Position numbers and translations under genes: made by a program. The notes beneath the pieces were generated by a model. The model was not told the DNA's origin. It made no database searches and saw only the letters and a program-made list of their open reading frames with translations. DNA of 63,742 bases, counting the filler, from Octopus bimaculoides (taxonomy: Eukaryota): assembly GCF_001194135.2 (NCBI RefSeq). It is 9 parts of 8 records of this genome, joined end to end, with 100 filler letters (N's around TTAATTAATTAA, not from the genome) between each part and the next. Parts side by side here need not be neighbours in the genome. Positions count along the whole stretch, not along the records: positions 5,135 to 15,924 come from NC_068986.1; positions 16,025 to 23,180 come from NC_069010.1; positions 23,281 to 33,866 come from NC_068985.1; 6 more parts are not named here. One strand, 5' to 3'. The stretch's first letter is position 1. Every line of letters begins with the position of its first letter. This document shows, piece after piece, positions 13,031 to 24,334 of this stretch.

Positions 13031-14848
13031 TTATACAAATACACACATAACATACTCTCTCTCTCTTTCTCTCTCTTTTTCTCTCACATACACACTGACT
13101 CCTACATATACATATAATACCCTCTAGGCTTTAGTTTTTATCAATCAAATTTCACTCTCTAGGCTTTGGTTGACCCTAGAATATAGTAGAAAACATTTTC
13201 TTGAAGTGTTGCACAGTATGATTGAACTCATAATCATGGGACTGCAAAGCAAGCTTCTTAAGCACACAGCCATGTCTACATCCATATAGGAAAGTGGTAA
13301 AAAAATATTTATTTCACAGAATAAGATGTATATTTTAAGTGATGGGATCTTTTTTTCTGTGATCCAAACTGGGCATGATTTGGAAGAAGATCAGCAGCTG
13401 ATCTTTGCATGGGTTATTTTGTAATACATGAAATATTTCAAACGACTGACATCGTAATAGCCAAATCAAAGTTCGTTGGAGAAATTTGACATTTATATCA
13501 GGAAGAAGACATCTGTAATAATAAATCTATTAGTTTTAAAAAAAAAAAAAACCTTAAAAGTTGTTATAATCTGTTATGATAGTTTTTCCACAGATACAAG
13601 CTCCTTGTAACATTATAGGGGAATGGTCACTTCCATACATCGAAGGAGTAAAGAACTTTTAAATGTTTTGAATAGCAAGTTCTTAATTTTCTTCTGCATT
13701 TATAGATTGGATGAAGAAATACAAGAATACAAATACATTGCCTTGTGTTACACTTTTACAAGAGTCCAAATTTCATTGAGGCATTATTTTCATATTTTAG
13801 CTAATCACGTTATTCATAAACAAATGCATTTTGCTTTGCAACTTTCTAGAAGTTTCTATGGTACCATGACTCTGCTTTTCAACTCAGTGCCAATAATAGA
13901 ATGCTACCAGATCTTCATATTCAATAAAGTATGTTCTGTCACTTTAGGACCACTGTTGTTCTGTCTTGGACTGAGAAAACTAAAATGTGTTCATAACCTT
14001 CTCTCTGTGAAAGAAGATGAGTTATTTCATCAGTTGTTTATCCACAAGTTACCTAAAAAAGCAAAACTATAACCAAAGCTTCTCAGCATTGACTATACCA
14101 TCTTGTTATGGGTATTTGGACTATATTATCCTATCTAAAGAGTTCTTCCCTTTTTAAGATAGTAAGGTGATTTGGTTGCTATTTCTAACAGGTTGAGTGA
14201 TGACATAGCCCCAAGCACACATCTTCATGAATCAAAATAGTATATTGAATAGACGCAACTCTTATCCTGGTGCCAACAACCATCAACCACTACATTCAAA
14301 TTGTGTTTAGTGCTAGGTGCAGCTTGCAATCAGCCCAGGCATTTCCACACGTTGCTTTACTCAGCTTTGTTGTTTATTAGCCACCAATTAAGTGTTTGTA
14401 AACTCATTCCAAAGTTCTGTTACATCAAATTTCCATTTTTCTTATAAAATATTAAAAATATGACACTATTCTATAGTCTCTCATGTCAACATGGACAACA
14501 CATGTTAAATGTTGATAATGATGATGATATTTTTCTGCACAGTAAAATAGGTAAGTTGGAGAGGTGTAATTCACTGTTTTAAACTATGTACAACTATTTT
14601 ATTCAGCAGAGATTATTATGTACCAAAAATAGATAACAAAATAGCTCTATTTCTGTCTTAGGTATAATACAAAAAAATAAATAACAAAAAAAAACCCAAA
14701 AGAACCCTCTAAAATAATATAACAACTTGATAAAAGCAATGCATATATACTTATGCACCCTTAAAATACAACTGTACAATGATTCTTCCCATACTCAAAT
14801 GTTGCAATATAAACATGAATATGTACATTACACACACACACACAAAAT

Positions 14849-14905
<57 letters not shown>

Positions 14906-16024
14906 CTGCATTATAAAATGCTTGAAGTCAATTTAGATGATTTTAGTGGATAAGTGAATTAATTCATGTAAGTTAATGAGAATACATAAACAGCAACTGG
15001 AATTGGTTGTAACCCAAATAAATCTTCACAGCAAAACTATGTATGAAGTGTTACACAATAGTAGAAAAAAAGAAGCAATTACATAATGGGGAAGCCATTT
15101 TAGTCATCTGAAAACTGCTGTAGTGGAATTATGTCAGTGATCAGGTTGCAGTGGCACATTGAAACTTTTGACATGCCATCACATGAAAATTAAATATAAC
15201 AGTTTTTGTGTGCTTTTAGATGACTGAAATAGTTCTTCCATGATGTAATCATTTTAGTTTCAGTACACTGATCAAGTTGCTTACAAAACAAGTACAACTC
15301 TTGGCAAAAATTTTTTATTTGTGAAGTATGAAATTTTTAAAGTCTGCCATTTCAGAAAGAAACAAAAAAAAACAAACAAACTTTCTCTTTCTCTGCAACA
15401 GGACTTGACCCAAAATGCCTGAAAATTCTTCTCCTAATGGTATATGAACTTAAAACTTTTTTGTATTATTCAGTGCTGTACCAAGGGTTCTCAGTGTCCA
15501 GAATACACTTTTGGCACTCTCGCCACCTTAACTAATAGATATGGTAAACTAGAAGAGATTTTGAGCCTTTTCATACTCTACTTTGGTACTATTTCATATG
15601 TTGTACAGTGTAATCCATGATTTACAATGAATCAAGATCAGACTGATAATAAACAAATATGAGTGCAAGTCTTGCACTTTTTCATCTTCTACCCTCTCTG
15701 GGATTGATATAGCAAATTATTATTATTATTATTATTATTATGTTGTTTTTTTCCTTCTTTCTTCAAATTTTCTTCCATTTCTCGCCGAGTGTTTTCCGTA
15801 CACCTAGGGCAGAGAAGCTCATTGTATGTATTCCCAGTTTACACACGCAAATTCACAGGTAAAATATGTATTTAAAAAAAAGTTAATAAATAAATAAATT
15901 CATGAATGAATGTTGTTTTCACAGNNNNNNNNNNNNNNNNNNNNNNNNNNNNNNNNNNNNNNNNNNNNTTAATTAATTAANNNNNNNNNNNNNNNNNNNN
16001 NNNNNNNNNNNNNNNNNNNNNNNN

Positions 16025-16323
16025 TGGCTGAGCACTCCACAGACACGTGTACCCTTAACATAGTTCTCAGGGAGATATTCAGCGTGACACAGTGTGACAA
16101 GGCTGACCCTTTGAATTACAGGCACAACAGAAACAGGAAGAAAGAGTGAGAGAAAGTTGTGGTGGAAGAGTACAGCAGGGTTCGCCACCATCCCCTGCCA
16201 GAGCCTCGTGGAGTTTTTAGGTGTTTTCGCTCAATAAACACTCACAACGCCCAGTCTGGGAGTCGAAACCGCGATCCTATGACCGTGAGTCTGCTGCCCT
16301 AACCACTGGGCCATTGCGCCTCC
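16025..16323 (-). mobile_element. tRNA-derived SINE, family B
   Basis: tRNA-like head GGCGCAATGGCCCAGTGGTTAGGGCAGC…GTTTCGACTCCC. Near-identical to 43930-44251; partial copies at ~22270-22495 (-) and 57283-57370 (+). Confidence 0.85.
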
Positions 16324-16561
16324 ACACATATATAGATATATATGCAATAAAATAAAATTATGGTTTGTTCACTTTGTCAGACATCAGTTATTCCACATGT
16401 TTCAAATAATATTTTATTGCATATTCCACATATATATATATACATATGTTACACATCTCTATATGTGGTATGGAATAACATTACTTGATGACGATGATTA
16501 AGTATGAAGTAAAAAAAAAGTGATGATGGGAGAAAGAGGGGAAAATGAAGTAAGAAGTTAC

Positions 16562-16750
16562 CTGCTGTTGGTTCTGGGAAGTCATGGGAGGGCCCTCCAC
16601 TGTTGCGCCGCTGGCGTGGTGGGCCGCCAAAGCCACGGCCTCTCTCCGAACGCTCGTAGCCCTTCGGCCCAGAGGAGTAGCTCGTAGGTGGGCTGTGTTG
16701 CCATTGCTCAGTGTCTCTGGAGAACTCACGGTTACGCCCAGAGTAGGAAC
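16562..16750 (-). CDS. EIF4H: EIF4H internal exon (RG-rich region up to the DFxEPT motif), 189 nt, phase 1 to phase 1
   Basis: Acceptor (T)n-ctccccaacag| and donor CAG|GTAACT. Translation (G)SYSGRNREFSRDTEQWQHSPPTSYSSGPKGYERSERGRGFGGPPRQRRNSGGPSHDFPEPTA ends like human eIF4H ...GSNMDFREPTE. Phase fits the 22684 exon. GC-rich island in AT-rich DNA. Confidence 0.82.
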
Positions 16751-17250
16751 CTGTTGGGGAGAAAAAAAAAAAAAAAAAGGAGGAAAATGTTCAGGTACAT
16801 GCATACTAAAGGAACTGCAACATAANNNNNNNNNNNNNNNNNNNNNNNNNNNNNNNNNNNNNNNNNNNNNNNNNNNNNNNNNNNNNNNNNNNNNNNNNNN
16901 NNNNNNNNNNNNNNNNNNNNNNNNNNNNNNNNNNNNNNNNNNNNNNNNNNNNNNNNNNNNNNNNNNNNNNNNNNNNNNNNNNNNNNNNNNNNNNNNNNNN
17001 NNNNNNNNNNNNNNNNNNNNNNNNNNNNNNNNNNNNNNNNNNNNNNNNNNNNNNNNNNNNNNNNNNNNNNNNNNNNNNNNNNNNNNNNNNNNNNNNNNNN
17101 NNNNNNNNNNNNNNNNNNNNNNNNNNNNNNNNNNNNNNNNNNNNNNNNNNNNNNNNNNNNNNNNNNNNNNNNNNNNNNNNNNNNNNNNNNNNNNNNNNNN
17201 NNNNNNNNNNNNNNNCGATGATGATGATGATATATATATATATATATATT

Positions 17251-17378
17251 AGAAACTCTGCCAGATCAGATTGGAGCCTGGTGTTGCCATCTGGTTTCAC
17301 CAGTCCTCAGTCAAATCGTCCAACCCATGCTAGCAATGGAAAGCGGACGTTAAACGACGACGACGACGACGACGACGA
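17251..17378 (+). mobile_element. RTE-type LINE/SINE 3' tail (family D)
   Basis: …CAACCCATGCTAGCATGGAAAGCGGACGTTAAAC(GAC/GAT)n tail; same family as 54866-55203 and 57588-57894. Confidence 0.8.
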
Positions 17379-17479
17379 TGAAGTAAAGAAGTGCCGATCT
17401 CTAACTGTAGAGGGAACCTGTGGTAGAGGTAGACGCAGAGGTGGTGAAGCATGATCTTTGAACTTTGGTGACATGCCAT

Positions 17480-17880
17480 GTTTGAGAACACCTGTCCAGC
17501 TGAGTGAAATTGTATTAGTGGCCGATGCTGATGTCAGCTGTGCCAGTGGTATGTAAGAAGCACCTTATGAGCATTGGGCCTCACAGAGACAATGACAAAT
17601 GACAGACCTTTGGCAATATGCTGTGCTTGAGAAGACAGAAGACCCTTCAAGCCAAGTGAAATTGTAGTCATGGCAGATACTGGCCTCACACAATTAGCAC
17701 CAGTGGCACGTAATAACACCCATTACACTCTTGGAGTTGTCGGTATTAGGAAGGGCATCCAGCTGTAGAAACCATGCCAAATCAGACAGGAACTTAGTGC
17801 AGCCCCTCAGCTTGCCAGCTCTGGTCAAACTGTCCAACCCATGCCAGCATGAACAACAGACATTAAATTATGATGATGAT
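17480..17880 (+). mobile_element. RTE-tail repeat, family D (diverged)
   Basis: TTAGGAAGGGCATCCAGCTGTAGAAACC…CATGCCAGCATGAA…TAAATTATGATGATGAT. Confidence 0.75.
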
Positions 17881-17934
17881 ATTTATGCCTCCCTTTTTTT
17901 CATGAACAGCAAGTGTTGTAGGAGAGCATAAACA

Positions 17935-18405
17935 TTAACATTACTCTGTCAAATGTAATGCTTATTTATTTTTAGAGTGACATTGTAGGGTAGGTGTGAG
18001 AGACTGGATCTGGCTGGTTCAAACACAAAAGAGGTAGAACGTTTGGGGTGGATATGTCTGGTTCAAGTGCAAAAGGGATACGCATCTATGTATGAAACAA
18101 GGGAGACCTCTAGATGGTGGGCAGTCCTGTTAGATATAGCAGCCAAATCTCCCTCAAACCACACCCTATGTCTTAAGTACAACACTTTTGTATTCAGATT
18201 ACCCTGTCAAATGTAAAGCTTATTTATTCACACTGTCGTTAATTAATAATTTATATATTTTATAACTTTGAGATTTCATTGATGTGACTGTTTATTTTTG
18301 GAATGACATTGTAGGTTAGGTGTGAGAGGCTGGATCTGCACAGTTTGAACGTAAAACAAGTAGAATATAGGGGCTGGATATGGATAGTTTAAATGCTAAA
18401 GGGTA
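17935..18405 (+). repeat. Two tandem copies of a short interspersed repeat
   Basis: …ctctgtcaaatgtaatgcttatttatt…tgacattgtagg[g/t]taggtgtgagag[a/g]ctggatctg… occurs at ~17945 and ~18203. Confidence 0.7.
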
Positions 18406-18736
18406 GCCCACTTGGTTTTGGAGTTGAGAAAAAGCTAGCTTACATGGACAACTGGAAGTAATCTGAAGGCTGGAAAAGATTTACCGTATGATGACGGTGA
18501 TTTCTGCTAGGCATCAAGAAAGCGACAGTATGGCTGCTGCAATGATGACTATAAAGCTGTGAATAGCAAGAAGGGACACACAGCAGATGTTCTGACTGTT
18601 TGTATGGTAAGAGTCATCCAGTGACTGATGACCAAGGCTTCAGGCTCAATGTAGACAGCTAGGTGAAAGTTGGTGGAGACTGGTCAAATCCTAGCCGGAA
18701 AGGGTTGCTGCTGGAAGGCCATATATGTAGCTCCTA

Positions 18737-19463
18737 GGATCTATTTTAAAACGGGGGCGCCAGTATTTTCTTAACGAAACACTTTGAAACTTGGGACACT
18801 GGTAGAATGTGTCATATAAAACATTTTTTACTCTTAGTCTTCTTAACAAAAAAAAAAAGGAATTCGCAAGTTATTCCATGTTAAAGTTGTCGTATTTCTG
18901 TAATTTCAACCAATCACTGACGTCTATTCAGCTGAATAGAGTTACTGCTGGGCGGTCATAAAAATGTTATTCCCCGTGACATACTTCATCCGGTTTAATC
19001 GTAATTTATACGCATATATTGTTTATATAATAAATTACGCTGTGCGTATCTATGTGTGTAACAATTTTAGAGTTCGNNNNNNNNNNNNNNNNNNNNNNNN
19101 NNNNNNNNNNNNNNNNNNNNNNNNNNNNNNNNNNNNNNNNNNNNNNNNNNNNNNNNNNNNNNNNNNNNNNNNNNNNNNNNNNNNNNNNNNNNNNNNNNNN
19201 NNNNNNNNNNNNNNNNNNNNNNNNNNNNNNNNNNNNNNNNNNNNNNNNNNNNNNNNNNNNNNNNNNNNNNNNNNNNNNGTCAGTGATTAGTAGAAATTAT
19301 CGAAATAAGACAATTTGTTACATGAAATAAATTCGAATACAAAAATATTTTTCTGTTCTATAACACAAAATAGATAAGTATACGAAGTTTGAAAGTCTTT
19401 CGGTACCAAAAACACTACATAAAACATAAATGAAAACTGGCGCTCCCGTTTTAAAATAGATCC
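18737..19463. mobile_element. Non-autonomous DNA transposon with long imperfect TIRs (internal N gap)
   Basis: GGATCTATTTTAAAACGGGGGCGCCAGT … ACTGGCGCTCCCGTTTTAAAATAGATCC. Subterminal aatcactgac / gtcagtgatt blocks also pair. Confidence 0.8.
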
Positions 19464-19489
19464 TCCAAATTCAGCTCCTTGCCATACAC

Positions 19490-19890
19490 CCAGGAAAATC
19501 CACAAGTGGTTGTTAGGGAGTTCCTAAGACTTCACCGGTGTCATTTCCGGCCCTTCAAATTCTCCTGATTGTAATCCCATGGATAACAACAACTATGCAT
19601 GGGTTGCAGTTGAGAAAGATACCAACTGCTCAGCCTGCAACACCGAGCCAAGGACTGGCAGCCAAGATCAAGGAGGTGTTTGAAAATCTTCCCAGGAACA
19701 CAGTAAGGGATGAATGGCGCCAGGTTCGGGAGCCGTCTTGAGGAGGCTGTGTTGGGAGGTGAGGGCAGCTACTTTGAGCAAACTTATCTCCCAACCATAA
19801 TCTAGTTGATACTGAAAATTTTTAAAATATATTTTTGTTTTTGGATGGGATATTGTTCTCCTACCCTTTTGTGCAAACTGTCAGATTTAG
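19490..19890 (+). mobile_element. Tc1/mariner (DD37D-like) transposase C-terminal fragment
   Basis: Frameshifted PSNSPDCNPMD…VEKDTNCSACNT…KIKEVFENLPRNTVR…EGSYFE, i.e. the SPDLNP motif followed by the typical C-terminus. Confidence 0.7.
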
Positions 19891-20106
19891 TCTGTGTATG
19901 TATGTATATCATCATCGTCGTCGTCTAACATCCATCCTCCATGCACGCATGGGTAGGACGGTTCACAGGAGCTGGCCAAGTAGAAAAACTACCCTATGCC
20001 ACTGTGTCTGTTTTGGTAGGGATTTTATGGCTGAATACCCTTCCTAACACCAACCACTCTGCAAGGTGTGTATATACATACATAAACACACACACACACA
20101 TATATA

Positions 20107-20490
20107 GGCACAGGCGTGGCAGCTGCTTGCTTCCCAACCACATGGTTCCAGGTTCAATCCTACTGTCTGGCACCTGGGCCAAGTCTTCTACTACAGCCTC
20201 AGGCCGACCAAAGCCTTGTGAGTGGATTTGGTAGACGGAAACTGAAAGAAGCCTGTTATATATGTGTGCGTGTGTGTCTTTGTGCTTGTGTTTGTCCCCC
20301 CCAACGCCGTTTGACAACTAGTACTGGTGTGTTTACGTCCCCCGTAACTTAGTTTGGCAAAGAGACCGATAGAATAAGTACCAGGTTTATAAAAAGTAAG
20401 TACCAGAGTCGATACATTCGACTAAAAATTCTTCAAGGCGGTGCCCCAGCATGGCCGCAGTCTAAAGACTGAAACAAGTAAAAGACAAGA
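20107..20490 (+). mobile_element. tRNA-derived SINE, family A (full length)
   Basis: Head GGCACAGGCGTGGC…ACCACATGGTTCCAGGTTCAATCC, internal (TG)n, tail GCGGTGCCCCAGCATGGCCGCAGTC…GAAACAAGTAAAAGA. Confidence 0.9.
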
Positions 20491-20706
20491 GATATATATG
20501 ATGTATATTTGATTATATGCATGCACACATACATGTATTGTTTATCAATAACTGAACGACATTACAGAAACACTTAAGGGCTGAGAGTTTCATGCACTGG
20601 CACCGAGCATTTGATAAAAACATATACACACATTCTGAGTTCTTCCTGTCAGCATCACCAAATTTACATATTACATATAAAATACATTTTTTTTTTATAT
20701 ATAGAA

Positions 20707-20822
20707 GTGGCTGTGTGGTAAGTAGATTGCTTCAGTCTCAGTCCCATTGCGTGGTGCCACGCAGTGGGACTGAACTCGGAACCATGTGGTTGGTAAGCAA
20801 GCTACTTACAACACAGCCACTC
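20707..20822. repeat. Foldback made of two SINE-A heads
   Basis: gtggctgtgtggtaagtagattgctt…cagtcccattgcgtgg|tgccacgcagtgggactg…aagcaagctacttacaacacagccac. Confidence 0.8.
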
Positions 20823-20838
20823 CTACGCCTAATTATAT

Positions 20839-21189
20839 ACTCTTTTACTTGTTTCAGTCATTTGACTGCGGCCATGCTGGAGCACCGCCTTTAGTCGAGA
20901 AAATCGATCCCAGGACTTATTCTATCGGTCTCTTTCTGCCAAACCGCTAGGTTACGGGGACGTAAACACACCAGCATCGGTTGTCAAGCGATGGTGGGGG
21001 GACAAACACAGATACACAAACATATATATATGACGGGCTTCTTTCAGTTTCCGTCTACCAAATCCACTCACAAGGCTTTGGTCGGCCCGAGGCTATAGTA
21101 GAAGACACTTTCCCAAGGTGCCACGCAGTGGGACTGAACCCGGAACCATGTGGTTGGTAAGCAAGCTACCTACCACACAGCCACTCCTG
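20839..21189 (-). mobile_element. tRNA-derived SINE, family A (full length)
   Basis: Reverse complement of the 20107 and 58865 copies. Confidence 0.9.
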
Positions 21190-21489
21190 TTTGTATGTTG
21201 CAGATTTTTCACCCATCGCAGGGGTTTTTTTGGAACGCAACACCTGTGATAGTCAAGGGATTACTGTATATGAAGTGTTACGAATATAGTAACTTGGGTC
21301 CACAAATTGGCGGAGATGATGGTAAGGTTCTGACTTCGAATCCGCGGTTATTTCCCTTTAACCCACTCTCTGGATCTTTGGGGGAAGAGCGAGCAAATTT
21401 CCATTCTGAAAATGCAACCCAGAGAAAAACAGTTTGGGAGCCACTGCCGCAGAGCGCACTGGGTACTTTTTACGTGGCACCTTGGGATT

Positions 21490-21800
21490 AGGGCACGTCC
21501 TCTCAAGTACAGCAATGCATCACATCCCTCAGTCCTGTCATTTCCTTCATCGGACTCGGCATTTTGAGATCAGCCTTCACATGTCCCACTTCTCTTATAT
21601 TCACCTTCCTGTACCTTCAGAGTATACCCTGACATATCTTCCTCTTCTCCAGCTGGGCTAGCCATGTACATCCCCGACAACAGAACCCCTATTCATACTC
21701 CAACCTCTCTGCATCTGGCATAAAGCTTACCTCCATCAATACTGCTACTGCCACCTGGTTGACAGGTCTTGTCATGCAAGTTGAGGGGCTTCACTAGTGA
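21490..21800 (-). mobile_element. RTE-clade LINE 3' fragment (degraded)
   Basis: Minus strand …KWDM*RLISK/…GHVKADLKMPSPMKEMTG… resembles the RTE C-terminal KTWDEVVKADLK…KEMT pattern. Confidence 0.5.
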
Positions 21801-21826
21801 TGGTGCCATGCAAAAAGCATCCAGTT

Positions 21827-22250
21827 ACAACCGGTTATGGGAGAATCCTGAACACCCTTATGCGACTGAAGGTGGACTAACCAATTACAATAAATAAGAA
21901 CGGAGTGAACTGTCAAGGGGGTAGTTGACAGTGTTAGTTTGACGAGTGTTTGTTAAACCGTCGTTAGTTGAACAGTCAACACCTAGTATCCTGCCTACAT
22001 TCGAGTAACGTGGAGTGCGCTGTCTTAACTTCTATTTCTGCGATAGGTTATTTTTAGATGACCACAACCATTGTTTATTTTTATGTTTTTTAATTTATTA
22101 TTAGTGTTGCTTAATGTGGTTTGCTAAAATTGCTGTTTCTTTTGAGATATCATCAGAAAAAGGTAATTAAAATTCATTAAAATGACAGATCTATCAGACT
22201 TTCAAACCGGTAAAATTGTTGGTACTCGTATGGCAGGCGCTGGTATGTAC
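21827..22250 (+). mobile_element. Tc1-like transposon 5' end
   Basis: ATG at ~22181 gives MTDLSDFQTGKIVGTRMAGAG, the Tc1 paired-domain start (DLSDFxRGxIVGARxAGAS). Truncated after ~20 codons. Confidence 0.7.
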
Positions 22251-22683
22251 TTCACATATACACATGCCCTTAATGTTATGACGAGGGTCCCAGTTGATTT
22301 GATAAAAAAAACAGCCTGCTTGCGAAACTAATGTGCAAGTGGCCTAGTACTCCACAGACATACCTACCCATAATGTAGTCCTCAGGGAGATTGAATGTGA
22401 CACAGAATGTCTCAAGGCTGGCCCATTTTGAATTACAGGTACAACTCAATTTTGCCAGCTGAGCGAACTGGAGCAATGTGAAATAAAGTAACTTGCTCAA
22501 GGACACAACGCGTCGCCGGGAATTGAACTCACAACCTTACGATCATGAGCTGAATACAGTTACAAGCATGAGTGCAAAATGTTGAACACCATCCTCTGTG
22601 AAAGTAAGAGGGGATTGCCATGGCTGGAACACCATGATTGTAGTTGACCTGGGGCCAAAATAAGAGTTAAGTATAATACATAC

Positions 22684-22771
22684 CTTGTGAACGGCCACGA
22701 CCGCCAAAAGACCCTTTGTCACGCTGACGGCCCTCGGCAACGTCGACCCGTAAAGAACGTTCTTCAAAAAC
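22684..22771 (-). CDS. EIF4H: Eukaryotic translation initiation factor 4H, internal exon (end of RRM), 88 nt, phase 0 to phase 1
   Basis: Acceptor ttattattttcag| and donor CAAG|GTATGT. Translation VFEERSLRVDVAEGRQRDKGSFGGRGRSQ(G) matches human eIF4H [25 protein letters not shown]. Not called in this frame by the ORF track. Confidence 0.88.
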
Positions 22772-22789
22772 CTGAAAATAATAATAGAT

Positions 22790-23015
22790 AATAATAATAA
22801 TGGTTTCAAATTTTGCCACAAGGGCAACCATTTTGGGAGAGGGGACGTGTCGATTATATCGACCGCAGGGTCCAACAGGTACTTAATTTGTCGACCTCAA
22901 AAGGATGAAAGGCGAAGACGACCTCAGCAGAATTTGAACTCAGAACGTAGCGGCAGATGAAATACCACAAAGCATTTCGTCCACTGTGCGAAAGATTCTA
23001 CCAGCTTGCCTCCTT
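22790..23015 (-). mobile_element. tRNA-derived SINE, family C
   Basis: Reverse complement of the family with core GGTCGACTTTGCCTTTCATCCTTT…GATAAAATAAGTACC and tail GTGCCAAAATTTGAAA. Confidence 0.75.
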
Positions 23016-23309
23016 AATAATAAATGTCCGGATGCAGTACCAGGCAGTGGATTTCATGGCTTCTCAACATTAACTAATTGGAAGTGTTATCATGTACATT
23101 GTTTTGTCTTGGTATAAAAAGATGGGCTACAGCAAATATTCTGCTCAATACCACAGATTTGCTAATGCCCTGATGCAGTANNNNNNNNNNNNNNNNNNNN
23201 NNNNNNNNNNNNNNNNNNNNNNNNTTAATTAATTAANNNNNNNNNNNNNNNNNNNNNNNNNNNNNNNNNNNNNNNNNNNNTATATATATATATATATATA
23301 CATACATAC

Positions 23310-23340
<31 letters not shown>

Positions 23341-24334
23341 TGTATGTATGTATGTATAAATCGAGAAGACAATCTCTAACATACTCAAGAAGGTACAAGA
23401 ATTTAAACATAAGAATTCAATGAGGTTAAGAAACAATATAACTCTACTGTATGATACTTAACGTTAAAGTGTTGCATAAAAAGGGAAATGAGTTAACAAC
23501 ATGATAATCAAATTGACAATTACAAAAAAAGAAACAAATTATTAACTGAGTAGCAATTTTGATAATGAATTAAAATGAAAGGAAAAGAAGAGAAATATAA
23601 TTTAAGTAATTAAAATAAATCAATGAATTAAAGTTGCAAGTGAAGAAAACGTTTTAACTGCTACGGAAGATAGTTTCTAACAAAGATACAAAGATCCATC
23701 ATTGGAATCGAGATAACAAAAATGTAGCACATGTTGAACTTGAGAGAAAACTTGCATATTTTTTGTTACTTCACTTGTGTAATGTGTGTTTTAGCTGGCT
23801 GGTTACTGGTGTTATTATACTGCATGTGTTAGTATCGGTGTTGTTATTGTAGCCATGATCGTAGTAGCGAAATTTCACGTTGTGTAAGATATATCATGTA
23901 ATCTGGTCAGAATAACGCTACGTTGGTCAGTAAAAGGTATTTATTTTATTTATAACTGCAGAAATAAACCAGTTGCTGATTTAGGCTGGAGAAGTGGGCA
24001 TAATTATAGAAGAAAACGTTAAAAAATACATTTTAAACGGTAAAGATTATACGCCTGCACGTCTGATGTTGACAGTGCTATGTATGTATGTGTGTGTGTA
24101 TGTATGTATGTATGTATGTATGTATGTATGTATGTATGTATGCTTAATTGCTTGAAATCTTCTTGTAAGAAAAGAACTGCCTTCTAACAAAGCTAGAAAA
24201 CTCCATCGTTGGAAACTGGATAACACAAACATTGTCACATTTTGCATTTGACAAAAGTCATGTATTTTCTGTTCCGCTTAACAGATTATAATTTAATGTG
24301 CCAGTTATCAGGTTGATTTACTTTCCTGATAACC

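Noticed and set aside
13594-14072. 149-aa plus-strand ORF with nearby splice-like signals (13593 and 13705 acceptors, 13929 donor)
   Set aside because: No recognisable domain, and the candidate exons do not join in a consistent open frame.
16481-16804. ORF-track readings (QQVPTLGVTVSS… on minus, MGGPSTVAPLAWW… on plus) overlapping the EIF4H exon
   Set aside because: Alternative frames stay open because the exon is GC-rich. Only the phase-1 frame resembles eIF4H and fits the neighbouring exon phase.
20107-20180. tRNA-like sequences at SINE heads (also at 16250-16323, 25943, 58865)
   Set aside because: They lack a full cloverleaf and continue into SINE bodies, so they are not tRNA genes.
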